A stretch of DNA of 64,000 nt from an uncultured Planctomycetota bacterium (lineage in GTDB: Bacteria; Planctomycetota; Planctomycetia; Isosphaerales; Isosphaeraceae), in contig CAWJTV010000028.1 in the NCBI GenBank assembly GCA_963845755.1, forward strand, positions 160,001 to 224,000. Direction: 5' to 3'. The position numbers and the translations under genes are program-made. Positions 63,866 through 64,000 of this stretch are shown one piece after another (position 1 is the first letter of the stretch; every line of letters begins with the position of its first letter). Under the pieces are notes generated by a model that saw nothing but the letters and a program-made list of their open reading frames with translations, had not been told where the DNA came from and ran no database searches.

Positions 63866-64000
63866 AAACCGGACCACGATTTTCCGTAATCTGGAGCAGT
63901 TACGGGACTCATGGCATTCTATAAGCCTTATGGGCTCCACACTTTCCACGGATTCCAGGGGTTAGCGTGCAGAATTCCGTGCGGAAGTGGGTGCGAATGC

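Overview
GC-rich bacterial DNA whose gene content, repeat families and ECF/Ser-Thr kinase architecture point to a planctomycete (Isosphaeraceae-like; inference). About 1.6-23.1 kb is a tetrahydromethanopterin/methanofuran (H4MPT/MFR) C1-transfer cluster: fhcB, fhcC, fhcA, fhcD, mch, mptG and the orf5/7/9/17/19/20/21-type cofactor genes. A ~4 kb island splits fhcB from fhcC. It holds an MqsR/MqsA-like toxin-antitoxin pair, a candidate HEPN protein, an IS630 and a stack of miniature inverted-repeat elements. 23-36 kb carries sugar/lipid enzymes, a beta-carbonic anhydrase and a hybrid kinase, and 37-39 kb a stand-alone dnaA. 39-44 kb has an ECF sigma factor divergent from a Ser/Thr kinase with an extracytoplasmic CxxCH heme domain, followed by a Tat-exported protein. 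The best hidden signal is at 44.9-63 kb: five -24/-12 (sigma-54) promoter-like elements and four copies of a paired 17-bp enhancer-like motif, which tie several transport/periplasmic operons to the adjacent histidine kinase and NtrC-type activator, i.e. a self-contained sigma-54 regulon. About 20 genes show apparent frameshifts, most probably long-read indel errors, so joined CDS coordinates are approximate. All product calls are from motif recognition, not database searches.
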